From: Octopus bimaculoides
Lineage: Eukaryota
DNA length: 64,000 nt
NCBI RefSeq assembly: GCF_001194135.2
Contig: NC_068983.1
Location: 92,484,086-92,548,085 of the forward strand
Reading direction: 5' to 3'
Part shown: positions 34,845 through 48,212 of the stretch, one piece after another
Layout: each line of letters begins with the position of its first letter
Position numbering within the stretch: the stretch's first letter is position 1
Position numbers and translations under genes: made by a program
Notes under the pieces: model-generated
Seen by the model: the letters and a program-made list of their open reading frames with translations, nothing else
The model's database searches: none
Told to the model about the DNA's origin: nothing

Positions 34845-35015
34845 ACGGGCTTCTTTCAGTTTCCGCCTACCAAATCCATTCACAAGGCTTTGGTCAGCCC
34901 AAGGCTATAGTAGAAGGCACTTGCTACTTCTACTATAGTAGAAGACAGGGTGCCATGCAGTGGAACCATGTGGTTGGTAAGCAAGCTAATTATCACACAG
35001 CCACTCCTGCGCCTA
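34845..35015 (-). mobile_element. tRNA-derived SINE head
   Basis: gggcttctttcagtttccgcctaccaaatccattcacaaggctttgg...accatgtggttggtaagcaagcta, same family as 48050-48212. Confidence 0.8.
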
Positions 35016-35681
35016 TTTTTAGAATAGTTGTTAAAGTTAGATACTTCCCTTTTCTTTTGCAGTTGAAAACCTAATACTAGAATAAACTCATAGCTACTAA
35101 ACATTCATAAACATTTTAAAGATGTAAATTGAAATGACTGATGGAAATTAAGATAGTAAAATAGAGACAATGAGGTTGTTAATCACTGGACAAAAGCCCT
35201 GGTGCTCAAGATGGAGTTGTTCCAAAGGAAACCTATACTGTCAAGTACAAACATTTAACATTTGCAATTCAAACATCTAAGATTACAAATATAATACACA
35301 TGTGTCCAGCACACTGACACACACCCAAAACTATAGAGTTTAGAGTTAACCAGGCAATAGATGTGCCAGAAAATACTTGTAAGTATCTTCTAGAACATTT
35401 ATTTAGTCCAGTGTTCTTCTGTTTCTGCCTACTCTCCACCCTAAGGATAATAGTCTACTATATAAATGAGAGTGTATGTGTGCTTAGCCCCAAAAGGCTC
35501 TGAAATGGTGCATCCTCAAGAGAAACAAATTTGATTTTTGAAATTTGCATCCTAAAGAGGTTATTCATAGATAATAATAAAAATATATATAATGTACTAT
35601 GAGAAATAACTCAACATTTAGATTGACAAATCTTCCACTCTCTAACTGTCACCAATAGGCACTCTCTCTCTTTTACACCTT

Positions 35682-35752
<71 letters not shown>

Positions 35753-36004
35753 TTACCATCCTCTAGCTCTCATGCATGCTGCTCCTGCTCTCTCTCTCTC
35801 TCTCTCTCTCCATATGACATGCAATTGCTTTCATTGTTTAAAAATTTGTCTTCTAATATTTACTTTCATTTTATGATAAACAGCTATAGTGCTCAAATCC
35901 TGTTTCCTAATTGGGTAAAAATGATCAAACTTTAAACCTCTGTAACATTTTTCTGAAATGTTTCTGGGATAAATGAATCACAAACTCATCATCATCATAA
36001 TCAT

Positions 36005-37110
36005 CATCATCATAATCATCATCATCATCATCATTTAACGTCCGCTTTCCATGCTAGCATGGGTTGGACGATTTGACTGAGGACTGGTGAACCAGATGGC
36101 TACACCAGGCTCCAATCTGATTTGGCAGAGTTTCTACAGCTGGATGCCCTTCCTAAAGCCAACCCCTCCAAGAGTGTAGTGGGTGCTTATACGTGCCACC
36201 GGCACGAAGGCCAGTCAGGCGGTACTGGCAACGGCCATGCTCGAAATGGTGTATTTTACGTGCTACCTGCACAGGAGCNNNNNNNNNNNNNNNNNNNNNN
36301 NNNNNNNNNNNNNNNNNNNNNNNNNNNNNNNNNNNNNNNNNNNNNNNNNNNNNNNNNNNNNNNNNNNNNNNNNNNNNNNNNNNNNNNNNNNNNNNNNNNN
36401 NNNNNNNNNNNNNNNNNNNNNNNNNNNNNNNNNNNNNNNNNNNNNNNNNNNNNNNNNNNNNNNNNNNNNNNNNNNNNNNNNNNNNNNNNNNNNNNNNNNN
36501 NNNNNNNNNNNNNNNNNNNNNNNNNNNNNNNNNNNNNNNNNNNNNNNNNNNNNNNNNNNNNNNNNNNNNNNNNNNNNNNNNNNNNNNNNNNNNNNNNNNN
36601 NNNNNNNNNNNNNNNNNNNNNNNNNNNNNNNNNNNNNNNNNNNNNNNNNNNNNNNNNNNNNNNNNNNNNNNNNNNNNNNNNNNNNNNNNNNNNNNNNAAT
36701 GTTCGGAGGTCGTGCTTCACCACCTCATCCCAGGTCTTCCTGGGCCTGCCTCTTCCACGGGTTCCCTCAACCACTAGAGTGTGGCACTTTTTCACACAGC
36801 TATCCTCATCCATTTTTGCCACATGTCCATATCAGCGCAATCGTCTCTCTTGCACACCACAACTGATGCTTCTTATGTTCAACTTTTCTCTCAAGATACT
36901 TACACTCTGTCGAGTATGCACACTGACATTACTCATCGATCGGAGAATACTGGCTTCATTCCTTTCGAGCTTACACATGTCCTCAGCAGTCACAGCCCAT
37001 GTTTCACTGCCATGTAGCATGGCTGTTCGTACACATGCGTCATACAGTCTGCCTTTTACTCTGAGCGAGAGGCCCTTTGTCGCCAGCAGAGGTAAGAGCT
37101 CTCTGAACTT
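36005..37110 (-). mobile_element. 5'-truncated young RTE LINE spanning an assembly gap
   Basis: FRELLPLLATKGLSLRVKGRLYDACVRTAMLHGSETWA...RGRPRKTWDEVVKHDLRT, gap 36279-36697, family tail at 36005-36278. Confidence 0.9.
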
Positions 37111-38446
37111 TGTCCTCTTCAGTATGGAAAAGTATATCAATATACTGTTGTGTCTGGGGAGAGTCATTTTCTTATTGTGCCTTAAAATTTAACACACTCA
37201 CCGGTAAAATATACACTTATTTCTCATTTTTATTTTCCTAAAATTTTTGTTGCGTCTTGCAACCTTTTCAATAGTCTTGAAAATTTTCCCTAAATTTTAA
37301 AATCTCAAAATCTGTGACAGCAAACGAAAATATTTTTCTTTCTCTATTTGTCTATCACATTAATTTTCCACTTTGGTGTGGGGTGAAGCTTAAAAATTTA
37401 AATTACAAATTTTTTGTTTTTGTTTTTGCTTAAATCCCAGCTATAGGCCACACTTGAGCTAAACAAAACCATCACTTCTGCACCATCATTCCATAAAATG
37501 TGTTTATGGCAAGAAAAATATTGAAAAACTTTAATACATGTCATAGTGACAAAGAAACAAAGATGGTGCCAGGTGGTCATAGGATGTACTAGAAACAACA
37601 GCTAAATCTCCCATAAATTACACACCTTTTTGTTGGGACTACAGTTACTTGAAGCAATTCTAATATTTTACCATTATACATTTCATCAGATCAAGATTGG
37701 TGAAAAACAAAGTTGATTTTGATGGAATTTGAATTTGGAACATAAAAACATGTAATAACACTCCCATGGTTAAGAGTAGTAGCTCCATCATAGTTAAGAT
37801 CTAGTAGCTCCATCGTCATCATCATCATCATCGCCATAATCATTTAACATCTGTCTTCCATGCTGGCATGGGTCGGTGAGTTTGACAGAAGCTGGCAAGC
37901 CAAAGAACTGCATCAAGCTCCAATGTCTGCTTTGGCATGGTTTTTATGAGTGGGTGCCTTTCCTAATGCTGACCACTTTAGAAAGTGGACTGGGTGCTTT
38001 TTTACATGACAACAGCACTGGCGAAGTCACCAAATAACTTGCAAGACAAAGACCCTTTGAGAGGTGGGTGGTATTGAAGGAGGTGGTTTTGTGCTAGGTG
38101 ATGAGAGGTTAGTGTATAACAGAGGGACTGGAACAGTGTCTTGCACCTTGTAAATATAATTGCTATCTAAGATTTTGATTTCCTGTTTTTGCAAATTAGA
38201 TGGCTAATGGCAAATCCATTTTCATAATTGAATACCTTCTCCCCCATAATTCTAGCTATACCCATGAATAATAATAATGATTTTAACATAGATATAGGAA
38301 TGAGGCTGGTAATCCCTTCATCCAATCTCAGGATGCAATGGTATTATCTTATTCATCCCTGAAAGAATGAGTGAAAATTGACTTTGACAAGATTTGTACT
38401 CTAGTAGCTAGTGATTTCTAACATAGGCACAAAAGAGAAGTGTATA

Positions 38447-41015
38447 CAGACATACCTTGACTTAAGTCGTTTCGATTTAAGTCATTTTCGATTATACATT
38501 TCAAAAATAATATATGGAAAAAGTTAAGTCATTTTACTCAGCTTTCCGTATGTCCACCACAAATATTGGAATCGTAAAATCACTAGAAAAGTGTTAAAAG
38601 CACATGAAATCATGTTACTGTACAATAAATAAAAATATAAGCATCTAAAATCATATTAAAATATGTACAGTAAATGTTAAAATACACACCATGAAGTAGT
38701 GAAGCTTAGTGAGCAAAATGATGAAATCAGCTGTGTTGTCTTATTTTCAGTCTATCAGAGCTCATATTGCACTATAGTTCCAATATCTACCATTAGGCAT
38801 CATTGTAACTTGTAATTCCCATGATTGTCTTGAATTCAGATTTTTTTACATCTGTTTATCGGCTACTTTCTCATTCTCATTCATTTGTGACTTTATTTTT
38901 TGCCCCCATGGCTCCTAAGAAAATTCATGGTGAAAGTGCTAAGCGTCATGCTATAATGTTGGAAAATAACTTGGCTATGATAAAACTCCATGAAAAAGGC
39001 GAAAAAGTGGTAGCAATTGCACAATCTTTTGGGATGAGTTGGACAGCTGTATCAATGATTGTACATAATAAAGGCAAGATTTTAGCACATATCAAATCTG
39101 AAGCCCCAGGGATGAAGAATACTGTCATCAATAAGAAAAGAGGCAAAATCTTTGAAGAAATGGGTGTTCTTACTCTTTGGATTGTTAGGTTGAATCATCA
39201 GCGTGCTATTATTAGTCAAGAAATCATTCAAGTGAAAGCGTTTTTGTTTGAGGACCCGAAGAAAAAATATCCAGATGAGAAAGATGTATAGTTGAAGGCA
39301 AGTCAAGGATGGTTCATGAGATTTAAGGAGCTAAGAAGTTATCACCCCATTAAGAAGCAAGGGGAAAGTGCGTCAGCTGACGAACAAGCAGCAGCAGAAT
39401 TTACTAATGTATTAAAGAAAATTACCAAAGAAAACGGGTTTCTTCCCAAACAGATTTTTAGTGTAGATGAAACTGGATTGTAATGGAAAAAATTGCCAGA
39501 CCATTCATTCATTTCCAAGGAGGAGAAAACTATTCAGGCTACAAGGTCTCAAAAGAATGTGTGATCACTATGTTGAGAGGTAATTGTGCAGGAGATTTTA
39601 AGTTAAAGCCATTGCTTGTGTATCATGCACACAACCCCCATGTCCTGAAGAACATACCCAAGGCATCTCTCCCTGTTATATGGATGGCTTATTCAAAAGC
39701 ATGGGTTACTGTTGTTGTTTTTGAAGATTGGTTCGTCGATCATTTTATCCCAGCAGCAGAGAAGTACTGTAAGGAGAAGGGAATTCCTTTTAAGGTTTTA
39801 CTTACCTTAGATATAATGCTCCTGGCCACCTGCAAAACATCATAGATTTTGATCCCAACGTTACCATCGTATACCTCCCTCCAAACACCACGTCTCTTCT
39901 GCAGGAAATAATTGCTATCTTCAAGCGTTACTATATGAAGCATATGCTGCAGCAAGCAATAGCTGCAACTGATCTTGATAAATCCATCACACTTTGTGAC
40001 TTTTGGAAGAGATACGATATCTACAAGACTGTACAGAACATAACAGCAGCATGGAATGATGTACAGAGCACGGCTATGAATGGTGTATGGAAGAAGCTTT
40101 GCCCGCAATTCGTGAATGATTTTAAGTGGGTTGATAATGTTGCCATCCACAAAACGTTGGTGACTATGAGCAAAAAACTGGAAATAGATTTGGAGGAGGA
40201 GGATTTTACAGGTTTATTTGAAAAAGACAAGCAGTCCCTGATGAATGAGAATCTGATAGAGCTTCATGAGTAGCAAAATAAAGAAAAGGCAGTTGAACCT
40301 GAGCAACGTCAACTTTACCATTAAGAAAATGCAGCAAGTATTTGCGTATATCAAGAAAGGTCTTTCTGTTTGAGGATATGGATCCAAATGCTCTACACTT
40401 TCCCAAGATTATGGGGGCTTGTCACGAAACTTTTGCTCTTTATAATGTAATCCTTGAGGAAATGAAGAAGACAGTTCAAAGAACTCTCAACCAGTTTTTA
40501 AGCACATTAAACAAAAACAGCCAGAGTCAGCTGTTGATGTTAACAATCTACAGCCATCTACAACCACGATGTAAACCACCAAATTGTCTGTACATATTGG
40601 TAAATAAGTTTTTTTATTATTTCAAAATAATAATCATTACTGAATTTGCTTTTTAAGCTTAAAAAAGGCTTTTATTTTACTACGTCTTATTGCAAACCGC
40701 ATTCATAAATAAAGCGTCCGCGATGTACAGTAAACACTGCCAAATTGTATTTGTAAATTTAGATAACTTTTTTTTTACTGTATTAAAAAAATTAAAATTA
40801 TATGTTTGTAAGCTTAAAATGGGTTTTTACTAACCATGTATTATTGAAAATGCATTCATAAATAAAGTACAGAACTGGGAATGGTTATTATTGGTTTTGC
40901 CTAGAGACAAGTAAATCCAGCCTAGCCTAGAGACAAGTTAATTCAACTTAAGTTGTTTTTCGACTTAAGTCGTGTCTCCTGGAATCAATTAATGACATAG
41001 GGTGAAGTATGCCTG
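38447..41015 (+). mobile_element. Full-length (2569 bp) Tigger/pogo DNA transposon, inactive
   Basis: Termini cagacatacct and agtatgcctg, flanked by TA at 38445-38446 and 41016-41017. Transposase from ATG 38908 with CENP-B-type HTH, KASQGWFMRFK, VDETGL, KLKPLLVY, KAWVT and a frameshifted LDNAPGH. Several stops. Confidence 0.93.
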
Positions 41016-41369
41016 TAGTCAATTGTAGTGACTCCAGTATGTGACTAGTATTTTATTTTGTTGGTCCCTACTTCCCCAGAAGTATGAAAGACAAAGCTGA
41101 CCTTGGTGAGATTTGATCTCAGAATGTAAAATCATTTAACTAAATACTGCAAATTATTTTGTCTAGAGTGCCACTGATTCTGCCGTTCAGAATGCCAGTT
41201 TTGTAGGTATCTGAATTAATAGTAAGATATTTCTGTATGAGAGCTTCCCCTCACTATGTTAGAATGATTAGCTTTTCTTGATTCATGCCAAATGAGAGCT
41301 TCCTAAGTCTCAGTTAGATATACCTCTGCTAGAATATTTGTTTGTTATCTACTACTAGTGTTATTGAAG

Positions 41370-41560
41370 CTGAGCAAGGCAGTGGGTTGGCAGAATCATT
41401 AGTATACCAGACAAAATGCTCAGTGACATTTAGTTTGTCTTTATGTTCTGAGTTCAAATTCTTCGCCTTTCATCTTTTTGAGGTCAACAAAATAAATACC
41501 AGTTGAGCACAGGGATCAATGTAATCATCTAATCCCCACCTCAAAATTTCAGGCCTTGTG
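41370..41560 (+). mobile_element. tRNA-derived SINE (fourth family)
   Basis: tggcagaatcattagtatacc...ttctgagttcaaatt...ctttcatc...aaataaatacc. Relatives at 54270-54447 (-) and ~57280-57460 (+). Confidence 0.65.
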
Positions 41561-41699
41561 CCTAATGTAGATTATTAAAGCTGAGTTTATTAACTCTAGA
41601 CCAAACAGTAAAATCATAAACTGGAGATTAAGAGAGAGAATGTGAGACAGAGTAATCATTACAAACATCATTGTTACTTTCTGTTATTTTATTAAAATC

Positions 41700-42606
41700 T
41701 GTTTTCATTTCACCGCAACTCGTAACTGCTTCAGAACTGCCAAGTAAAATGTCTGGTTAACAATTCGACCAGGAGGAACAGATTCTTTGTGGACAATTCC
41801 TTTCGTCTCAATGAAACAAATCAGCATTGTCTTGACATTGGACTTTACTTGACACAGTTTTTTGAGGTGTGGTAACATTGAATGCTCCCATTGACTTGAT
41901 TGCTGCTTCATTTCCAGCTCATAGCCATAGCACCAGCTTTTGTCACCAGTGATGACCTTCAAAAAAAGATCCAAATCAACTTTCAACTGTTCTTTCAGTT
42001 CACAATATGAATTCAGTCATGACTACTTTTGATTTTCCATGAGCAAACAAGCCACAAATTTTGCTGCAACTCTTTTTCATTTGCAATTCTTCACTCAAAA
42101 TTCATTGACAGGAGCTCCAGGACACATCAGTCATATCTACAAGTTCATCAATTCTTTAGTGAGGGTCCTCCAAGATCAGTTCACAAATTTTTGTAATGTT
42201 TCATTTGTTCAAGAAGTTGACAGTTGCCTTGAATGAGGTTAGTCTTCAAGCGACAAGTGACCATTCCTAAAGCATGGAAACCACTTGTAAACTTGTGTTT
42301 TACTCAAGTATCCTTGTAAGTTGTTAGAAGCATGACAACTGTTTCAGTCACCATTTTCCTCAGCAGAAAACAGAATTTCACGGAAGCATGTTTTTCCTTC
42401 ATTTCAGTCATTGCAAAAATCAATGAACAGGGGAGAAGCACTGCAAAACAAAGATGCACCATGTGGCAGTATGACACCAATCAATGATGCTGGTTGGCAG
42501 ACAGATGCTTGAGGTTTACATCAAGTGACTTCTAGCCGTGGAAGCCTGAACTATCACAGGCTTGTCTCACAGAGAACGTTTCTGGTTACTTTTGGGTATC
42601 CCCTTG
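41700..42606 (-). mobile_element. 3'-truncated mariner (irritans-like subfamily)
   Basis: KVITGDKSWCYGYE.EMKQQSSQW...KSNVKTMLICF...VNQTFYLAVLKQLR. 5' TIR at ~42577-42606 followed by TA. Same family as 57941-59238. Confidence 0.88.
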
Positions 42607-43559
42607 TATGCATGGTCGGATCTGTGTATTTTAGTATGTACAGAGTCTCTGTGTTCCCCACTTCCTTTCTCATCTCTCTTTTCTCCTCCTATTCCATTCT
42701 TTGTATGTATGTACGTATGTATGTATGTATGTATGTATGTGTGTATGTGTGTGTGTGTGTGTGTGTGTATTTTGAGGTAGGTTATCACTATCACGATCGC
42801 AAATAAAAAATATAGCAGAGGATGAAACACACAACATGTCTTTCATATTAGACCTGATGCTAATGACTGCCACTGCGTGCCGTCTGATGGAGCGGTTACA
42901 CGCAGCCAGAGGTACAGTGCATAGGTCCCACCCACAGCAACAAGTGGGGGATCACAATACAGAAAAATAGATTGGATTCTATTTTACTTCGCTAAATTCT
43001 TACTTAATCATGTTACGTAGAGTTTCGGCATTTTGTAAATTATAATTGATTGATGTTACTTAATCGTTTACTTGCCACTTGCAATAAATTCCATGGTCAC
43101 ACAAGGACAGATGTTTAAACCGTGTTAAAGTAAAAAAAAAAAAAAGTACTCCAAAGTACTGTTGCTGACTGAATATCTCTCGTTGTGAGATTTAAAAATG
43201 GTAATTTTCTAAAACAAATAGTGCAAAAAAATAATCAGTTCATTTTATTGGACTGTATTATTTCAAAACCATGCAAAAAGAGAATTGAGTGTATATATTT
43301 ATCATCATCATCATCAAGCATCCACTTTCCATACTGGTATGGGTTAGATAATTTGACTGGAACAGGTAATCCAGAGAGCTGTACCAAGTACCAGTTTCAT
43401 TTCGGCTTGTTTTCTATGGCTTGATGCCCTTCCTAACATCAATAACTCTAAGAGTGTAGTGGGTGCCTTTAATATGTCACTGGTACAGGTGCTTTTACAT
43501 GTTACTGACACCTGCCACAACTATGATTTCACTTGATGAGCACAGCAAATCACCAAGCC

Positions 43560-45322
43560 TTGGAGAGAAATAATTATAGAGCAAGACAGGATGCCCCTGG
43601 GAGCTCCTCTATATTGATGACCTTGCGCTAATTGCTCAGTCACTATAAGAACTAGAGGAGAAGTTTCAGGCGTGGAAGCAAAGACTAGAATTGAAGGGCC
43701 TTAGAGTCAATCTAGCTAAAACCAAAGTTCTAATAAGTAGGAAGGTAGACAAAACACAGACCCCTTCAGGTAGATGGCCCTGCTCAATCTGTAGAAAAGG
43801 CGTAGGTAGAAACTCTACAAGATGTACTCAGTATAAGCTATGGACACATAAAGGGGTGCAGCAATATCAAAGGAAGGCTAACTAGCAAGATAGTTTTTAT
43901 ATGTGGCAGATGTTGAGGAGCAATGCACACTGAAAATGTGCAGAAAACAACTTTTGCCACATTCCAGGGAGAAAAAGTAGAAGTAGTTGATTGCTTCCGT
44001 TATTTAGGTGACCAAGTTAGTAGCAGGGGGAGGGTGCGCTGAAAATGTACTTGCTAGAATAAGAATAGCCTGGGAAAAGTTCAGAGAGCTCTTACCTCTG
44101 CTGGTGACAAAGGGCCTCTTGCTCAGAGTAAAAGGCAGACTGTATGACACATGTGTACAGCCATGCTTCATGGCAGTGAAGCATGGGCTGTAACTGCTGA
44201 ATACATGCGTGAGCTCGCAAGGAATGAAGCCAGTATGCTCCGATGGATGTGTAATGTCAGTGTGCATACTAGACAGAGTGTTAGTACCTTGAGAGAAACG
44301 TTAGACCTAAGAAGCATCAGTTGTGGTGTGCAAGGGAGACGATTGTGCTGGTATGGTCTTGTGGCAAGAATGGATGAGGATAGCTGTGTGAAAAAGTGTC
44401 ACACTCTAGCAGTTGAGGGAACCTGTGGAAGAGGTAGACCCAGGAAGACCTGGGATGATGTGGTGAAGCACGACCTTCGAACATTAGGCCTCACCGAGGC
44501 AATGACTTGTGACTGAGACCTTTGGAAATATGCTGTGCGTGAAAAAGACCCGGCAAGCCAAGTGGGACCATAATCCGAGGCCTCCGCCAAGGATGTAGCC
44601 AGCCCACTTACGCGTACCTTTCCTTCATTGGACACTAAACTCTGCTTGCGAAGACCTGTTGAGGCAAGTGAAATCGAAATCGAACTAAATTCGACNNNNN
44701 NNNNNNNNNNNNNNNNNNNNNNNNNNNNNNNNNNNNNNNNNNNNNNNNNNNNNNNNNNNNNNNNNNNNNNNNNNNNNNNNNNNNNNNNNNNNNNNNNNNN
44801 NNNNNNNNNNNNNNNNNNNNNNNNNNNNNNNNNNNNNNNNNNNNNNNNNNNNNNNNNNNNNNNNNNNNNNNNNNNNNNNNNNNNNNNNNNNNNNNNNNNN
44901 NNNNNNNNNNNNNNNNNNNNNNNNNNNNNNNNNNNNNNNNNNNNNNNNNNNNNNNNNNNNNNNNNNNNNNNNNNNNNNNNNNNNNNNNNNNNNNNNNNNN
45001 TGTATCGGTGGCATGTGAAAAAACATTCGAGCGAGGTTGTTGCGAGTGCTGCTGGACTGGCTCCTGTGCAGGTGGCACATAAAAAACACCATTTTGAGCG
45101 TGGCCATTGCCAGTACCGCCTGACTGGCCCTCGTGCCGGTGGCACATGAAATCACCCACTACACTCTCAGAGTGTTTGGCATTAGGAAGGGCATCCAGCT
45201 GTAGAAACTCTGCCAGATCAGATTGGAGCCTGGTGCAGCCATCTGGTTCGCCAGTCCTCAGTCAAATCGTGCAACCCATGCTAGCATGGAAAGCGGACGT
45301 TAAACGATGATGGTGATGATGA
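43560..45322 (+). mobile_element. Young RTE LINE, RT C-terminus to tail, with an assembly gap in the 3' UTR
   Basis: PWELLYIDDL...LRVNLAKTKV...WPCSICRKGVGRNS...GSEAWA...RGRPRKTWDDVVKHDLRTLGLTEAM, gap 44696-45000, tail ending cgttaaacgatgatgg. Confidence 0.92.
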
Positions 45323-45384
45323 TGTATCAAATTGTTGGATCAGGTGATGAAAGTTACAGAAAGAGTCATTAAAATAAATAAATG

Positions 45385-45628
45385 CGTCCTTTTAAAGCCT
45401 AGCCAAGTTCATGGGCCCGGTTTCCCGGTTTCTATGGCGTAGGTATTTCCCAGCTGGGACGCCAGTCCATTGAAGTGTTACTCATTTTTGCCAGCTGAGT
45501 GGACTGGAGCAACATGAAATAAAGTGTTTTGCTCAAGAACACAACGCTTCGCCCGGTCAAGGAATCGAAACTACAATCTTACTATTATGATGCTGACTGA
45601 CACCCTAACCATTAGACCATGCACCTCC
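45385..45628 (-). mobile_element. tRNA-derived SINE (second family)
   Basis: Reverse complement has A-box-like tggtctaatgg, B-box-like gtttcgattcc and cttgagcaaaacactttatttcatgttgctccagtccactcagctggc. Confidence 0.75.
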
Positions 45629-45629
45629 A

Positions 45630-46850
45630 CACAGAGTGGGTCATAGCCCAACTAATTTGGAAAAAAGTTAGTCTAGATGAAATGCAGTTTAGTTTTGTGC
45701 TAAGGAGAAGCATCACAGATGCTGTATTCCTGGTAAGGCAGCCACAAGAGAAGTACCCAGCCAAAATAAACCGCTGTACTTGGCTTCTGTTGACATGGAG
45801 AAAGCCTTCAGTAGGATCCCCTACACCCTTATCTGGTGATCAATGCAGAAACTAGGGTGTTGTACAAGCCATGTACAAGGATGCTGTCAGTAAGATGAGG
45901 GTTGGCAACAAGTATAGTAATGAATTCAGGGTACAAGTAAGAGCTCACCAAGGATCAGTCCTCAGGCCCCTCCTGTTCATTATAGCTCTCCAGGCAGTAA
46001 CAGAGGAATTTAAGTCAAACTGCCCCTGGGAGCTCCTCTATACTGATGATATTGTTCTTACAGGTGAATCACTACCAGAACTAGAGAAGAAATTTCAGGT
46101 GTGGAAACAAAGTCTAGAAATCAAAGGTCTAGACTGAAAGAGTTACCAAAGTTTTAGTAGGTAGGAAAGTGAACAAACCACAAATCCCTTCAGGTAGATG
46201 GCCCTGCTCGATATCTAGAAAAGGTGTAGGTAGAACCTCTATAATATGTTCCCAGTGCAAGTTATGGACACATAAGAGGTGCAGGAATATTAGAGAAAGG
46301 TTAACAGGAAAATTAGTCTTTGTGTGTGGCAGATGTACAGGTATGATAAGCACTAGAAATGTACAGAAAATAGACCCCATCAAATGCCAGGAGGGATACC
46401 TAGAAGTAGTTGATAGCTTCCATTATGTAAGTGACCCATTCAACAGTAGAGGTGGAAGCTCTGAGAGCGTATCTGCTAGAATAAGAATAGACTGGGCAAA
46501 GTTCAGAGAGCATCTACCTTAGAGTAAAAACCAGGTTGCATGATGCCTGTGTGTGAACAGCCATGCTACACAGCAGTGAAACATAGGTTGTGACTGCAGA
46601 GGACATGTGAAGGCTTGAAAGAAATGAAGCTAGTATATTTTGCTGGATGTGCAATGTCAGTGTGCAGGTACAACAGAGTGTAAGCACCTTGAGAGAAAAA
46701 ATTGGCATAAGAGGCATCAGATGTGGTGTGCAAGAGAGCTGGACAAGTACAGCTGTGTAAAGATGTGTCGATCTCTGTAGAAAAAGAAGACATGGGATGA
46801 GGTGGTGAAGCACGATCTTCGATAGTTAGGTCTCTCAGAAGCAATGTCAA
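45630..46850 (+). mobile_element. Older RTE LINE copy covering most of the RT domain
   Basis: DEMQFSFV...TDAVFLVRQ...VDMEKAF...AMYKDAVSKMRVGN...HQGSVLRPLLFII...PWELLYTDD...WPCSISRKGVG...CSQCKLWTHKRC...CGRC. Confidence 0.9.
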
Positions 46851-48049
46851 GTGATATATCTATACTACAATAAGAGCCGCATCCATCTGTCCGTCACATT
46901 TTTCTTCAGTAAAAGAGAAAGAGTGAGAGAGAGTGAGTGAGTGGTGAGTGAAAGGAAGAGAGGAAAAATGTTTATCTGTATATTCAGAGTAGACTGATAC
47001 ATACAAAGAAAAATAGGTACATAGATTTAAAAAAAGCAGATAGATAGACACATACACACATTGTTAAATTAAAAGCAAGAGAAAGGAGGGACGCAGAGGA
47101 AGTGAGAGAGACAGTAGATACATAGATAAAATGAAAAGAAAAGTTGGTACATAGATACATACTCAGATTGCAGTATTCTAACTGTGGGCGACATTGGGGA
47201 CTCTTTTCTCTTATCTGTTGCTCTTTCAGCAATTGATACTCCAACAAAACATCTATGCAGTTGCCCGACTTGTGACCAATAGCAACCAAATCTCCTTCAA
47301 ATGATACCCTCCTGTGTTAGTTTTATCTCAGGCAACATTGTTGGATTTTAATAAGACAGCAGGGTAATGCCATTAGTAGGATAGGAAGGAAGATGAGAGA
47401 AAATAAAATGAAATAATTATTCAAAATACAATAAAGGTAGAAGTACAAAGAGGTTTAATTTTCTGTAATAGGTTGATGGGTAATAAAAATTTTTGAGGTT
47501 CACAGATATGAAAGCTTTAAAGGTTCATGGATATCAAAGTCTGAAAGTTAAAGGAAGTGTGGAAGGTAATTCTATTTAAATTTATTACCTGTATGTTTTA
47601 ATGAATATTTGGTCATTAAAATCCATACTAGAATAATGGATATGAAGCAGAATATATAGTGGTGTTTCAAAATAATTATGTGCACTGAGATTTGCAGATT
47701 AATTATTTAAAACAAACAGTTTAAAGATGAGTTTCAATAAGTACACATTCTATTTCCATTTTATTAATTTTTGTCACGGATTTATCCTGTGTACAAAATA
47801 TGTAGATGGATAGATGGACAGATAGATAGATAAATTTGTGTACATATATGCAAAATTGGTTACTCTTTACTCTTACTCTTTTACTTGTTTCAGTCATTTG
47901 ACTGTGGCCAGGCTGGAGCACTGCTTTTAGCCGAGCAAATCGACCCCAGGACTTATTCTATGTAAGCCTAGTACTTATTCTATCGGTCTCTTTTTGCCGA
48001 ACCGCTAAGTTACAGGGACGTAAACACACCAGCATCGGTGACATATATA

Positions 48050-48212
48050 CGACAGGCTTCTTTCAGTTTCCGTCTACCAAATCCACTCACAAGGCTTTGG
48101 TCGGCCCGAGACTATAGTAGAAGACACTTGCCCAAGGTGCCACGCAGTGGGACTGAACCTGGAACCATGTGGTTCGTAAGCAAGCTACTTACCACACAGC
48201 CACTCCTTCGCC
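48050..48212 (-). mobile_element. Young tRNA-derived SINE head
   Basis: Reverse complement ggagtggctgtgtggtaagtagcttgcttacgaaccacatggttccaggttcagtcccactgcgtggcaccttgggcaagtgtcttc, with CpGs intact. Confidence 0.85.

Noticed and set aside
16141-45159. Long ORFs crossing N runs (16141-16873, 36122-37192, 44399-45159)
   Set aside because: Their length comes from translating Ns as X. The real flanks are RTE sequence.
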